From Octopus vulgaris (taxonomy: Eukaryota), in contig OX597816.1 of NCBI GenBank assembly GCA_951406725.2, forward strand, positions 149,606,001 through 149,670,000: DNA of 64,000 bases. The letters run 5' to 3'. The position numbers and the translations under genes were made by a program. The notes beneath the pieces were generated by a model. The model saw only the letters and a program-made list of their open reading frames with translations, had not been told where the DNA came from and did not search any database. Within the stretch, counting starts at the first letter, position 1. Each line of letters begins with the position of its first letter. Shown here piece after piece: positions 1-64,000 of this stretch.

Positions 1-1790
<1,790 letters not shown>

Positions 1791-1889
1791 TGTGTGTGTA
1801 TTGTCATTATTTAACACCTGTCTTCTATGCTGGCATGGGTTGGATGATTTGACAGGATCCAATAAGTTGGAGGACTGTCATGCTCCAGG

Positions 1890-2050
1890 TTCATAGCTTG
1901 ATAGTTAGTGTTTGACCCATGATTATAACATCATAAGTTCAATTCCTGAGCCAGGAATTGAAAGTATATACTGTGTCCTTGAGCAAGGTATTTCATTTCA
2001 CATTACTCCAGTCTATTCAGCTGAAAGTGAACACTTGTCTAGTACTGGTG
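1890..2050 (+). mobile_element. tRNA-headed SINE fragment, same family as 39011-39262
   Basis: B-box-like AAGTTCAATTCC then GTGTCCTTGAGCAAG...TTTCAC...CTCCAGTCTATTCAGCTG. Confidence 0.55.
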
Positions 2051-2615
2051 CAGAGCCCTCTCTCCCTCAGGCTAGCACATCCTGTGTGTTCCCCTGGGTG
2101 AATGTGTTGGAGGACTGAGGGGGTGCTCATGTCTAATTGTGACTACATTGACACTTAATACAACTGGTGAAAGCATGGTACATGCTACAAGTTCACACAT
2201 ACCTACAAGTGACAACTGCTGTTCATTATGTATATGAGTGAGGAAAGAAGTTAGAAGTTCGAAGATGGACAATTTTTATAGTTTGTGTTTTTTTACAAAC
2301 TATAGCAGACTTGTTTCATTTTCCATTGTCTTTTTATCAGTGTATGTTATTAACATACTGTAATGATAACAAGATGGAACAAGGGTAGGTTGCCAAACTA
2401 AATGCTTTGCAACTTCAGTTGTAAGAGAAGATACTGAAAAGATTGTGTGTTTCTATGGATATATATATGTATATATATATATATGTGTGTGTGTATACAT
2501 ATGAAATATCTATGTCTATATGTGTATACATATAAAATGTGTATGTATATATGTGTATACATATAAAATGTCTATATGTGTATGTATATAAAATGTCTAT
2601 GTCTATGTGTATATA

Positions 2616-2844
2616 AAGGTCATCATTGACTTACGACCAGAATTGGTTCCGACTGGCTGGTCATAAGTTGGCCTGTAGGTCTACATAGCTTTGTGTTATA
2701 TTTTTGGGGTTAGTCAAAAATTAGACGGGTTAATTTCTAAGAAATTAATTCCATTAGATTTCAACTGGATTACTTATTATTGCTGCCGGGAGCTGGTACC
2801 CCAATAGTCATAAAGTCAATCGGTTGTAAGTTGACGACAACCTG
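2616..2844. mobile_element. Tigger/pogo-like MITE
   Basis: Imperfect TIRs AAGGTCATCATTGACTTACGACC / GGTTGTAAGTTGACGACAACCTG, flanked by TA. Confidence 0.65.
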
Positions 2845-2866
2845 TATATATATAAAATCTCTATGT

Positions 2867-2902
<36 letters not shown>

Positions 2903-3034
2903 TCTCCACCTCATAACACTTCGGACTTTTCTTGGACTGTTCCTTTCTGAAACATAAAGGACTTTCTCACTTCCCAAGTGTGTGTACTTACATAAAAGAG
3001 ACCAAAGTGTATGTACACCGTCATATGTGAACGC

Positions 3035-3497
3035 AAAACATCCAGACAGATGATACAAAAAAGGGACAAGAAAAAACAAGGATGGGTCATTTGGAGTTTT
3101 CTTTCTTCAGTCGAGTTCCAGATTATCTTTGCAATTTTGGTTGGTTATACTCGAAATTGCTCCAATCTGGCCAGCCCCAAGGAAATACTAAGTTAAGAGC
3201 ACTAGATTACTTGGAAGAAAGCAGTGAATGTATGTGAAAACAAGGACAGAAAAAAACCCCAGAGAAATGGTACACTAATACAAATGCAAATAACAGGACA
3301 TTAACAACAGGTTTCTTCCAACTAAGGACATATTAAATTAAGCAGACAGATAGATGATATGCCAGATTGGAGCAATCTCGAGTATAACCAGCCAAAATTG
3401 CAAAGAAAATCTGGCACTCGACTGAGGAAAGAAAACTCCAAATGACCCATCCTTGTTTTTTCTTGTCCCTTTTTTGTATCATCTGTCTGGATGTTTT
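3035..3497. repeat. 137 bp inverted repeat (3035-3171 / 3361-3497), probably a Penelope-like terminal arrangement
   Basis: Arms are reverse complements with about 5 mismatches by eye; the family assignment is inference. Confidence 0.85.
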
Positions 3498-3516
3498 AGT
3501 CCCTTATATGTAAGAG

Positions 3517-3548
<32 letters not shown>

Positions 3549-3681
3549 CTATGTCTATATGTATATTTATGTCTATATATCTATGTTTATGTATGTATAT
3601 CCATGTGTATGGATGTACATGTTTGTATACATGTATGTATATTTGTTTATATATGCAAGTTTGTATATATACATATGCATA

Positions 3682-3722
<41 letters not shown>

Positions 3723-3885
3723 TAATGTGCATGCGTGTATCATCATTGTATGTTAGTTTTTCATGCTGGCATAGGGTGGTTGGGTCATCATTATCTGACT
3801 CACTTTCCATTGGAAATCACTGCTCCCAAACTCTCAGTGTTTATACATATTATTTTGTTTAATTTCTACAGTTGGATACCCTTCC

Positions 3886-4738
3886 TGTAACATCTAACAT
3901 TTCATAATCTTTACATGTGTTTCACTCGTGAATACTTGTGTGTTGTGTAGTAATCACCTTGAAACACTAGATCTTCAGAAGAAAATAGTAATTCAACCCA
4001 GTTATTTACCAACCTCAGTTGGTAGACAGTGCTAAGTGAGAACTTTGTGTAAATTTAAGAGAATGTTCTATATATATCCATTAAGAAAAAGAAAGTTGTT
4101 ATATTTATTTTATTAGAGAAGTAAAGATAGATAGAGGGAAGAGTGCACATATAAACCATTGTCTTATATGAGGAAATAAAGATGAATTGTGTATATATGC
4201 ATATGGGTGCATATTTGGACTTACATACCTATTGTATATGTGTAGATGGATATGCTTAGATGTATGGCTGTATACATATGTTGGTGGGTGTAAGGGAATA
4301 AAAAGTTATAGATGTATATGGATGTGTCAGCATGTGTGTACAAGTATGTACAGTCCAACCTGTTTTTATCTACTACCAACTTTATAACTAACTTTTGATC
4401 CACAATAGTTTAGGTGTTGAATTTTTCTTTTTTCCTTAGACATCCTGAACACAGCTATTAACCTGCCATCTTTCTCTATCTTTATTTCACCAATAAAATA
4501 AAAATAACTTCTCTTTTCTTAACAGCTATATATAGAATATTTTCTTAAATTTCCATGCAATTCTCATTTAGTACTGCCAACCAAGGCTGGTAAATAATAA
4601 TGGACTAAATGACTATTTTCTTCTGAAGATCTGGTGTTTCAAGGTGATTATGCCATCATCTACCTATTGATGACCACACAACATATTAATGTCCACTAGT
4701 GAAACATTTGTAATGATTAAGTAATTTATGATGTTACA
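3886..4738. mobile_element. Foldback/MITE-like element with long diverged inverted termini (~3886-4040 / ~4563-4738)
   Basis: TAATCACCTTGAAACACTAGATCTTCAGAAGAAAATAGT matches the reverse complement of ACTATTTTCTTCTGAAGATCTGGTGTTTCAAGGTGATTA. Confidence 0.65.
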
Positions 4739-5083
4739 ATAAAAAGATAAACTGAATCTGTTTTATTCTGCTCTTGGATATACACTCTTCAGATATATAT
4801 AATACCAAATGAAAATCAGAAGACAATTATATGTAATATTTGATTGGAACATGGATATACACCAATTACCACGGAGTTCTAAGCAGTGGTTAACCATTAT
4901 GCTTTTTCATTCGAAATAGCAATTTTTCCATATATGTTTCTGATTTTAGATTAACTCATAAAAAAACAACACCTCCATATTCCCTTGGAGATGATAAAAT
5001 AGCAAAAATTTACCAATATTGATGCATTGTTTGTTTATTTTGTGATAATATATAATATAGTTTGTTGCTTTCTTTTTATATAG

Positions 5084-5244
5084 GAACTCCAATTTTCTGT
5101 CATTCCGACAAACGACCAGTCAGCATGGTAGCCGACATGAAGTATCTCCAGACCCGACATTGGAGCAAGCTCATAGTGGTTCAAACACCACTAGCACCAG
5201 TGGACGAAAACGATTGTGGCCGGCGCCACAGCCTTGTTACGTAG
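5084..5244 (+). CDS. Probable terminal coding exon of an unidentified plus-strand gene (..TPIFCHSDKRPVSMVADMKYLQTRHWSKLIVVQTPLAPVDENDCGRRHSLVT*)
   Basis: Strong acceptor ttgctttctttttatatag|; abrupt GC/CpG-rich non-repetitive block followed by UTR-like sequence; a second frame is open to TGA 5315, so the frame is uncertain. Confidence 0.55.
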
Positions 5245-7164
5245 GATCAAAACTACAAGTACCTTGTAATGACAGACGACAGGTTGTATCTATGACTCCA
5301 CATTTGATGCCATGACCTAGTAAAATGAAAGCCACCGCTTGCTTAAAACTTTGTCCTTCCAGTCAACAAAGCAGAGCCTCTTCCAAAATATATTTTCACT
5401 GTCTCAAATGGTTGAAGAAAAAGAGAGTGTAGATGAGAATATAATACTTTCAAAGCAAGCCAATGAAAATGGTTTCTGAGGTCCCCCCCTCTCTCTCTCT
5501 CTCTTTCTCTCTACTTTTTCTTTTTCTTTTTTATTTTTTCTGATGCAAATAACTCTTTAAAAAAAAAGAGGAAAAGAAAAATGTAGGGATCACAAAGCTT
5601 TCTATTTCCAATAGAAGGGAAACATTAAAAAAGAGGATTCATACTTAACAATGCAATGATATAAACTTGCTGAAATATGCAATGAGACTTCAAAATATCA
5701 CCAGATTTTGAAACATACGCTGCCATTATTTTTAAGATTCTATTTAATTGATTCATATGCAATTTTTTTGTAAATATTCTTTCCCTTCTCCCCCATTTCC
5801 AATGTTCTGTATTTAAACTGTGTTGTGCATATTCACTTGTACTTAAATGATTACATCAATGAAGGAGTGATTGTTATATATTTTTTCCCATTACAGAAAT
5901 TTTCCCAGTCCCTCAACTATTCAAAAATAACATTGTGAAAAGAGAAAAGATGAAAAGACCTCCTCCTTTCTTACAAACACACTCGAACACTTCAGGCTAA
6001 ATAATAACTTGTACAAAATGCCATTATTAAATAATGTTTGCAGTGGTACCTCTAAGTACCTTGGATTTAAATTATGGACTGAGTTAAATGCCTTTAATAA
6101 TAATAATAATAATAATAATGGTGCCAGCCTGCTATTTTGAAGCATGAAACGCCTGGTTAGCATCATTGTTCTGATTTGTCACTTTTTCGTCCAAAATTAA
6201 CCAAAAAAGAAAAAAAGACATTTTTTTTTCTTCTGTTGAATAGTTTACAGCTGTTATGTGATGGTACACACCTTTATAAGGCAAAAGCAAAAAGAAAAGC
6301 AATTCATTCCCATTCACTCTCACCCTTTTTTTTTTTTTTTACTGAGTCCTGATTATAGTTGTTGGCATTTTTAGTTTCAAATCGTACAGCTGAATTGCAA
6401 GGAAGATGCAGAGAAGTCACTACTCAACACAAGTTTATAGTGTTCAACAGATGAGGGATAAATCTCCTGGACAGGATGCTGGTCTTATTAATGGAGAATT
6501 TATATTCTATAATGCTACAACTCTTTACATCAGTGATTTAAACCCCATATAGTACCTTACAACTATTTAGGTTGGACTATGGAAAGTTAATTGCTTTGGT
6601 CATGGATATAAATGTGCAATTGAATCTCTTTTATAGTTGTTTGGTACCATAACAAATAAGTGAAGAAGATATCCAAAATAAAATGTTAATTTGCTGCAGG
6701 TAACTTTTCTTGAAAGATTTGAGTACCTGATACACAACAGGTGCAATTAGGTCAAAGCAAATAGAATTGTCTTTCTTAGAAACATCTGAACACCTGAAGT
6801 TAAATTTGAATTCATCATCTATGTCCTAGTGGTTTGATACCATATCTACACAGCCATTTCTGAAATTTTGATGAGAAGGGAACCAATTTTTGTCATCCTA
6901 AGGCAGCTATGCACTTGAAAAGAAAAAAAAAGTTCCTTCAAAAACTTTTTCATAAAAAAAGTTGTCAATTAATGACTTCCTTACATTGATGTGAAAGAAT
7001 GTCTTTAAAAACAATTTCACCTTTTTTTTTTTATATCTGACCTTAATGAAAACCGTTGTGATTTTTAGTTTTATATCCGAAACTCTTGCCCATGTTCCTA
7101 AATCTGTTACGAACTACTCCCTCCCATTTTTAAATTTAAGAATCTTGTCTTTTAACATAATTAT

Positions 7165-7350
7165 GAAATGGCAGAAGTGGTACAGAGCTACAATTAACTT
7201 ATCCCACTATGTTTCTGAGTTCAAATCTCACTAGGGATAATTTTTATCTTTCAACCTTCTTGGGATGATAAAGTAAGTACCTAGCATGTACTGAGGTTGA
7301 TTCAATCAACTGTATCCCATCTCTTCAAATTTGTGGCCTTGTGCTATTGT
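7165..7350 (+). mobile_element. Diverged Meta/MESC-core-type tRNA SINE
   Basis: GAGTTCAAATC B-box, CTTTCAACCTTCTTGGGATGATAAAGTAAGTACC core, TGGCCTTGTGC tail; similar to other copies in the window. Confidence 0.6.
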
Positions 7351-10300
7351 AAAAAAAAAAAATCACTATTGAACAGAATATCTTGCACAATAAAGGTAAG
7401 CTCAGATTTGATTTCAGGTTGTACTCACTTCTATTAATATCCTTCAGAAAAGGTATCAATATTATGCAATTTTATTTCTATAAATCTGAGGCCTTGTCTG
7501 TCTATGTAAGAAATCTTTACAGATTAAAAGCACCAAGGTGCAGCAGTAAGCTGAGACACTGCAAGTTTCTATCAGTTATATAGACATCCTAATGCACATG
7601 GGAAAAGCATAAACACAACTCCTATGTATAATTCAAAAAATACTATAGGTTATAAATAAATGTTTATTCTGCATAACTTAAAATATCAGCCAAATCAACC
7701 CTCAAACAAATCCCTTATAGCTTAAATGATAAAACCTCGTGCTTTTGTGATTTTTGAGTTTCACCATACTCACCATATTGAATTTCAGAGCAAAGACAAT
7801 GCTTGTTCATTAGCTTTTAATAATGGGTTTGAATCCTATTCAGATCCACTAAGCTAGACCTAATAAGGATAAATATTTATCTTGCATATTGGTACAATAT
7901 TGTTTTTTTTTGCTTTTCACCAGAAAATCAAATTTTCAGTCTTTAAGACATCTAGAAATGTGAAAAATAGAGTATTCAGAAAAATATGTCTACAATGGAT
8001 TTTCCTCTCTTGGTCCATGAGCTGGCTGTCCAATATCTTTTATGTCTGCTGTCATTTCATAGTATTTTCTACCTTCACTACCAATTTTCTTTGTCATATA
8101 ACTCCATCTTATTGTCATTTAATTATTAAAAATATGATTATCTTATCTTTTCCTTCCCCAGTACATCAAGAACTACATTAATGCATGTTTTTATTAGGAA
8201 AGACTTGGCTATTTTCATCAAGCCAAGCAACCATATAGAGGCTGATTTATTGTGTTGTTGTTGTGCTCTGGAGCTTATGTTGGGAAATGGCTCCTCATTT
8301 TGCAATGAGATAAAACAGGGCTTGTTCAACTCCATACTACGATTTTTGCCTAGCACTATAAACTAATAAGCACTTTTCAATCAAAACAGTAATCCTGTTA
8401 TCTCCTGTTGTAAATTATGTCACTTCATAATATCTATTTGTCAGTGGGTGAACTGTATCATCATGATATAAGTATCTTTGCCTGCTGATAGTGTAGCACT
8501 AGAGACAGAATCTGAAACCCACAATCCTACAGCTTTGTCAGCTGCCAACACTTGAATAAAAAAAAAACATATATGGTGTGTAAATCAATATGTCACACAT
8601 TGAAGAAAACTTTATAGAACAATTAAGCTAGAGCCTATCATTAATTAATAAGCTATTCATTGTAAATGATCTATTTCTTTTAGGACAGTTGAATTACAGA
8701 ATCAGAAGGGTGCCAGGTTTAAACTTCTTCTGACATTTATTTACATTCCTTTGTATTCCAAGTTTAAATCCTGTTGGGATTGGCTTTGCTTTTTCTAAAT
8801 ATGCAAAAGTTGTCCTGGCATAAATTTGATCCATTTTCTGACTCTGTGACCCACTATGAGGGTTTCTATTGCATTAATAGAGAGATAAATGTTTAATTAG
8901 GACCCTAGCCTATCATATTTTTTCTCACAAGTCAGATTGAAACTAAAACTGCTGGCCAATGAATTGGTAGTCAGAATATGATTTGTTTGTTTTACATCCG
9001 TTTCTTCATGCCTGCATAGGTTGCTTGAATATGTTAAGGTATTGTCTTTCAGCCAGATACTCTTCTTGATCTTAACCTTTGTTTTTCAAGTAAGGGATCT
9101 TTTTTTTTTTGACATGGTTTTGAAAGCACAAAGTGACTGGACAATTTGTTGACAGGTTTGACAATACTGCCCGTCATACTTTTGTATAAACAACTGCAGA
9201 TGTTAACAAAGAGGACAGCACACAGACATATATTTATTTACAACAATCTTTCAGTTTCTCTCTACCAAATTCACTCACAAGGTTTTGGTTGTCTATTAGA
9301 AGAAAGTTCAAGGTGCTGTGCAATGGGACTGAAACCAAAAGCACATGGTTGGCATGTGAACTTCAGTATTTTTGACCCTCTTTATACCTGAGTTTAAATC
9401 CTGGCAAAGTTGGCCTTGCCTCTCATCCTTCCAGGTCAAAATAAGTCCTAGTGAAGTACTGGGGGCTGATTTAACCAATATCCTTCCCCCAAAGTATGTG
9501 GCATTGTCCCTAAGTTTAAAATTAATCTACAAAGCTGCTGCTTACATCATATGCACCATATTGTAACATTTACTTTCAGCTTAGAAGACTCATTACTGAA
9601 AGTTGAGTTATACAATATTGGTGACAGGATATGAAAATGTTTATGTAGTGTATTTTGTATGGGCAATGAAATAGACTAGTGAACCAAATGCATGTTGCAT
9701 CTTACTCTTGTGTACAGGAGTTTGAATTGTGTATATTAATACTTTTGTTTGAGCACTGTAATATGTAAGCCATGAACACAATCTATCAAATGCTTGGGAA
9801 TATTTCATACATCCAACAAGCTTTATAGCTCTACCCATCTGGTCTTCACTGTTAGGAAGCATGCTGCTTTAAAATAAATGGTTCTCAATTTAAAATTAGT
9901 AGGGAATTTGTTATGGGAGATTTGGCTGCTGCTACATTGGGTAGATGTAACAACTTCCCACTGTTGGTTGCTTCTTTGCTGACTGCTCAATGAGGTACTT
10001 TTCTTTTATGTCTAACTGCAATGACAATCAGATGTTGTTTTTTTTATAGTAAATATAACACTATCCAATTTCTCTCTGTAGCAGAGTAAACAGATAAAAA
10101 AAAAGAATAGATAAATGAAGTTTAAAAGCTTTAATTAGTCATCTTTAACAACCCATGTAATTCTTTTTCTTTACATCAAACAGATCTGCATCATTTAAAA
10201 AGTTCATCATTCTTAGACATTCATAAAACACACTCACTCTGCTTCTTAAAAGATGTCAATGGAGCCCTAATTTCCTTTTTTTTTTTTATCTTTCTGCTGT

Positions 10301-13300
10301 TTTATTTTTCTAATTAACCTGTAGAACTTTCAGGAATTGTCAGTAGGACAGCATGAAAAACTCTAACATCTGATATTTCAAGTAATATTTTATGTTGAAG
10401 TCCCTCATATTTGAGATGAGAATGGCTTGCATATAACCAAAATCTTTTTTCATTTTAAAAGACAGGAATTTATTTATTTAATTTTTACTAATAAAGCTCA
10501 GATTTTTGCCTCATGAGTTTTGGACAATTATTTAAATTACATGGAATTGAAAATTCTAAATTGTGAAATGAATTTTTTACTCCCAAATACATTTTCAGAA
10601 TTTTGTCCAGAGCCCAGTTTTATATTTCTGTACATTTACAAAAAGAAATTGTATATAAATTCCAGCATATATTACTCAATATCTTTCTAGTCACACAAAT
10701 TTAATCAAAATTCAAGTCTGATGCACCATCAATTCACATTAAAAACTAGATTTTTCTTTTCTTCTTTTTTTCCCCCCTCTTTTTTTTTTTTGATTGGAAG
10801 GGTGTAAAATTGACACAAGTAATTTTACAAATTGTGCAAAGCCTGAGCAATTGTCTGTACATGATTTAAGACATGCTTTCTTTTAATTATTATTGATGAT
10901 AATAATAAAAGAATCCATAAACTATTGTATACAGTTTACCGATCCTTTGTTTTCCCAGTTAACATAAAATCTTAAACAAGACAACCTCCAATCTGATTGC
11001 AGCTGTAATTGTATGGCTTTACACTCTGAAATCCTTGTGGACAAAATTTCAAATATTTTTTTAAGAAAATAAATTAAAAATCTTATTTAGTGAGTTTGTT
11101 ATTTTTGTTTCTAGACGAGTTTTGATGAGGTGAGAGCCAACACAAAAAATAATAATGGGTGGCTTAAGGAGGTTTACTCTACTAAACCTTCACTATCTTG
11201 CACACACAGGAAAAAAAGCAAAAGAAAATGTTTAATCAAATTGTTTTGCAGTTGTTTGAGCATGATACCATTTGAAGATAAACTTAAAAACTCTACTGAT
11301 GTATATAACTCTGAAGACATTTAGCTTTCCCTACATATTGGTTGTTTTTCCACTTTAGAGGGGAAGAGTGTACAGCTAAAATGCCAACTGCTCTACATAC
11401 AAGTTTAATGTTGAGTGATTAATCAGTTTGTCTGGTTCAATGAACCAAAGCATGAATTTAACCAATTAACACAAAAGATGCAATCCTTCATTTAGTTATT
11501 CTATAATGATCAATCATATAGATTTCACCTTACTTAGGATGGTTAATATTTGTTAATGCATACCAACAACCTCTTCACCCCTTACTTCAGAAAATTTAAG
11601 AGACATACAAAAGTAAATCACAAGATAAGCAATTCTCTTTTGGCTACGCTGTGTTTTTTACTGTTTAAGTGAGAGCCTGCCTGCAAACTTATCTAAACTG
11701 TTAACAAATAACTGAATTTCCAAATAGAGAATTGCCTAACTGAGAATGTTACTTGTAACCAGTGAGCCACTATCAATACATCGTTGTTATGTAGGGCTAT
11801 AACTACAGCTGGAAATATCTCCAAATAAAGAAATATGATATATTTAGGGTTTTCTTTGGAGGGGGTATTTTGTATGGAAACAAAATTCTTTACTAGACAG
11901 CCAAAAAAATTTTTCCAAGATAAAGGAAAGGGAATACATGTAAGTGTCAGTTATTAGAGAACAATCAGCTAAACTGCAATTCTCAACAACAAATTTTAGT
12001 GAATTATAGAGATGTTAAAGATGGTCACTAGAATTGGCAGGCTTAGAGACGGCCTGTGTTGGCACAATTTGGAAATAATAAAAATAGAAGAAAAGGATCC
12101 TACTTGAAACAGTAGAGTTATGAGCCTCTTGAGTAGAAAAAATTATTTGTAGTCACCGATACTGTGATGGCCCCATTAGTGGGAATGTAACAGCAAAGTG
12201 TAAGCTAATGGGTCGTCGCAGAGTTAATGGCACAGTGTGACAGGGGTGTCATAATATTCATCACAAAATTCACAACTCCTCTGAAGGGGTTGGATGAGTA
12301 ATGAAGAGTTCTAGTAAAAGTAGGGAATTCTGAGTAGTAAATTGAGGTCTTGAATGTGAATTATACTAAGGAACCAAGCTACTACCCACCCACTACCCTA
12401 GCAGAATGGAATGAATTAATTGGATCACAGGGATTAAGAAAATATACAAGTGAATATTAAAAAAACAACTAGGTTGCTTAAATGAAGAACATGTTTCAAT
12501 CTCTTTTGGTTTAGATATGTGATAAAAAAAATTCTGAAATTTTCTTTTTAGCAAATTAGCGAGCTTGGAATTTTAGTGAGCTGTTATCAAAAGAATGAAG
12601 TATTGACCCTCTTTCTATAAAAATCCCAGGATGTTCCTTTGTTGGCACGAACATGATAGTTAGTAACAACAAACAATATCAACTGTGTTATTAGGAACAA
12701 GATTATAAGTGGAATATAGAAAAGTACAACATTTGTTTCTTCTCAGAATTCTTAGAGTAGCAAGAGGCAAGTGGTTGGCAACAGTTAAACACTAGTATAG
12801 GCCCACTCTGATATTCATTCTTTTGTAAAGATACCTTGTTTATTTCTCAAAGGTAGTGGGGAATATAGACATTAGTTCCTGTGACAGAATCATAAAGTAA
12901 AACCATATTCTGTCGTTCTTTTTTTTTTTTTACCAAGCTGAGGAGTGGTAAACAACATCAGTTGGTTTATCACACGGGATCCCGACCACATATGAACTCA
13001 AGTCCTTTAAAGTGAAATATAGCATAAATCTGTTTTTCTCCTTTTGTGTGTTGTGTGTGTGTGTGTGTATGCATGTTATATAACCAGCTTACTTTTATAG
13101 TAAGGAGTGAACCTGCTATGATGCTTATTCAGAAAGCACACCAAATAGGATCTGGGTTAGCACCAAACATTTTTAAGGTTCCCAGTTACACAGTAAGTCT
13201 TCAGACTGCAAATAGAGAGGTTCTAATTTATAAAACAATTTTTTTCTGATCTCATTTTTCTCACACATAAATATAATTATATATTTCCCTCTATTGCCCT

Positions 13301-14063
13301 TCTCTCTCTCACATGCTTTCAGTTTTGAGCAAATTACACATACACACATTAACATACATACATACACACACTTATAATGATTAAATTTTAAAAATCTCAA
13401 AATCACTTTCCTCCTCCACTCCAATATTGATTGAAAGGTCATTAAAGAGTTAGAAAGGAAAAAAATAAACATTATGAGGTTTAAAGAAGAAAAAATCAAA
13501 CATTGGCAGCGAAGTAAAAAGTTCACCAGTTTCAACAATGTTCTTTGATTCAGATTCTCACAGGTTTGAAACACAAAACACAAGAATTGAAACACATACA
13601 AACATATACACACACACTTGAACATATGAATACATACAACCACACATACAGACATAAATCTAATGTTTACTGGCTGCAGATCACAGACAGACAGACAGTC
13701 TCTTCAGCAACAATAAGGCCGTTGTATAGAACCAAGCAGTAGTATGAGATCTTAGCAAGGAAGAACTCAGTCTATCAAATTCATTCACATAAAACAACAT
13801 CAATGTTTTTGTTTTGTTCATTTGTGTCATGTGTTTCTTTTTTTTTTTCTTTTTATTATTTCTGTATTGTTCAATGTAATGATAACAATGATGACGATAC
13901 TGATGATGGTGATAATGATGATGATGAAAGTGGTGGTGATTGATGATTAATAAGTCTTGATTGGGAATGGATGGAAGAATGGGAAGAGGAGATATGCTAA
14001 ATCAACACCTGACACTGACAAGAGATATGTTTTTGCTACAGCCAGCTGTTTGAGATAAGGGAG

Positions 14064-62755
<48,692 letters not shown>

Positions 62756-63139
62756 CTTTAGTGAGGGCTAACTGCAGTGAACAGTTATAAACTGTTAATA
62801 AATGAAAACAACAAAAATAGAATACAATTTTGAATCACATGACCATACATGTGTATGTGATATAGAGTGAACACTAATTCAATATAATGTAACAGACTTA
62901 GTGAGACAATGCCCCATCCTATTTGATGCTGTTTTGGCTATATTAAGTTTTGCAAAACCTCCATAAAGAGTGTCTCAGATCATTAAGCTTTGTATTTGAA
63001 AGAAATATGACAGTTTGAGCTATGTTAGAACATGTATCCAGTGCACTGGAAAATGATGCCAGTATCAATAATAAATGAAGTAGTCCTTGAGCCAGTGACC
63101 ACTACTTTGCATCAAGTTTTGGAGAATATACCACCATGA

Positions 63140-63522
63140 TCCAAAATCATGAAATAGATACTTTCAAGATCACAACATACATGTACACTGCAACATAATT
63201 TCTTTTCCTCAACAGGCCCTGCCCTATTTAACATTGTCCCGAGGGAGATCAAAGAGGAAAAGGATCCCATCAACTTTAAACAGAGTCTGGATAGATTCCT
63301 TCAAAGAATACCAGATAAGCCACCCATAATTGGATACAACTCACCCAACAAGAACTCATTACTTGAACAAAACTGGATACAACTCACCCAACAAGAACTC
63401 ACTACTTGAACAAAACTTGACTTAAACAGGATTCGAATAATCCTATCAGGTGGTGCTATTAAGTTAGACATGGCCTGGACCAATCTCTGGTCGAAACATA
63501 TCTAAGTTTATCTAAGTTTATC
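63140..63522 (+). mobile_element. 3' end of a CR1/jockey-like LINE with internal 43 bp tandem duplication
   Basis: GPALFNIVPREIK...FKQSLDRFLQRIPDKP...NSLLE; duplication 63331-63373/63374-63416; terminal stem-loop GACC-AATCTCT-GGTC and (ATCTAAGTTT)n tail. Confidence 0.75.
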
Positions 63523-64000
63523 ACATGTTAACTGAAATATACCACAAGTTCTTTAGCAAAAAGCAACCATTGTTTCTGGTTTGCTGGTTGCCTTGAGGAA
63601 CCATGGTATTCTGCTGACAAGTCACAGCTTAAAGCTGCATTAAAAATATTGGTTAGCTTATAAGTGAATAAGTAAATCTACATATTGATATTTCTTTGAT
63701 AGTTGTTTGAAATTATTTTTACACCCAAACACAGCCTGAGACATCTGTACATGGAAATAATAACCAGTATGAAACCAACATGCCAAGGCTACTACTGTTT
63801 CTATGACACAAACGTCCTGTTTTAAAGTGATGTTAATTATAACCTGCCATCAACATTTCAAGTAAATCTATGTTCTAAGCATATCTGCCTTAGACAAATA
63901 AATTAGAAAAATATCTTTGTTGTTATTAGGCTTAGAATATAATTTACATCATCATCATCATTTAACGTCTGCTCTCCATGCTGGCAAGGGTTAGCTGGTT

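Noticed and set aside
3418-3455. CTGAGGA...AAA as a hammerhead core in the inverted repeat
   Set aside because: No convincing stem II or GAAA and no clear cleavage-site helix.
3496-3862. Several 65-104 aa ORFs
   Set aside because: TA/TG low-complexity artefacts.

Overview
AT-rich, microsatellite- and transposon-dense animal genomic DNA. The repeat families suggest a cephalopod such as Octopus; this is inferred, not verified. The main feature is a minus-strand SPT20/SUPT20H (SAGA scaffold subunit) gene. I reconstructed it by hand as 22 phase-consistent GT-AG coding exons from ATG 62755 to TGA 14064 (2709 nt, about 902 aa), including four 33-39 nt mini-exons and a 19.3 kb first coding intron full of decayed LINEs (two RTE, one Tx1/L1-like, one Penelope-like), SINEs, MITEs and Helitron-like elements. 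A probable terminal exon of an unidentified plus-strand gene (from 5084) converges on it across a TE-poor, UTR-like interval. The most notable items are: (1) a 144 nt hairpin at 55092-55235 whose mismatches are placed so that only the minus strand can close them as tandem G.A pairs under a GCGAAAGC cap, at the end of a ~1.2 kb element; (2) an in-frame UAG just upstream of the SPT20 start codon; (3) a candidate poison exon; (4) several intronic inverted repeats and a template-switch footprint. No intact autonomous transposon, rRNA, tRNA gene or CRISPR array was found.
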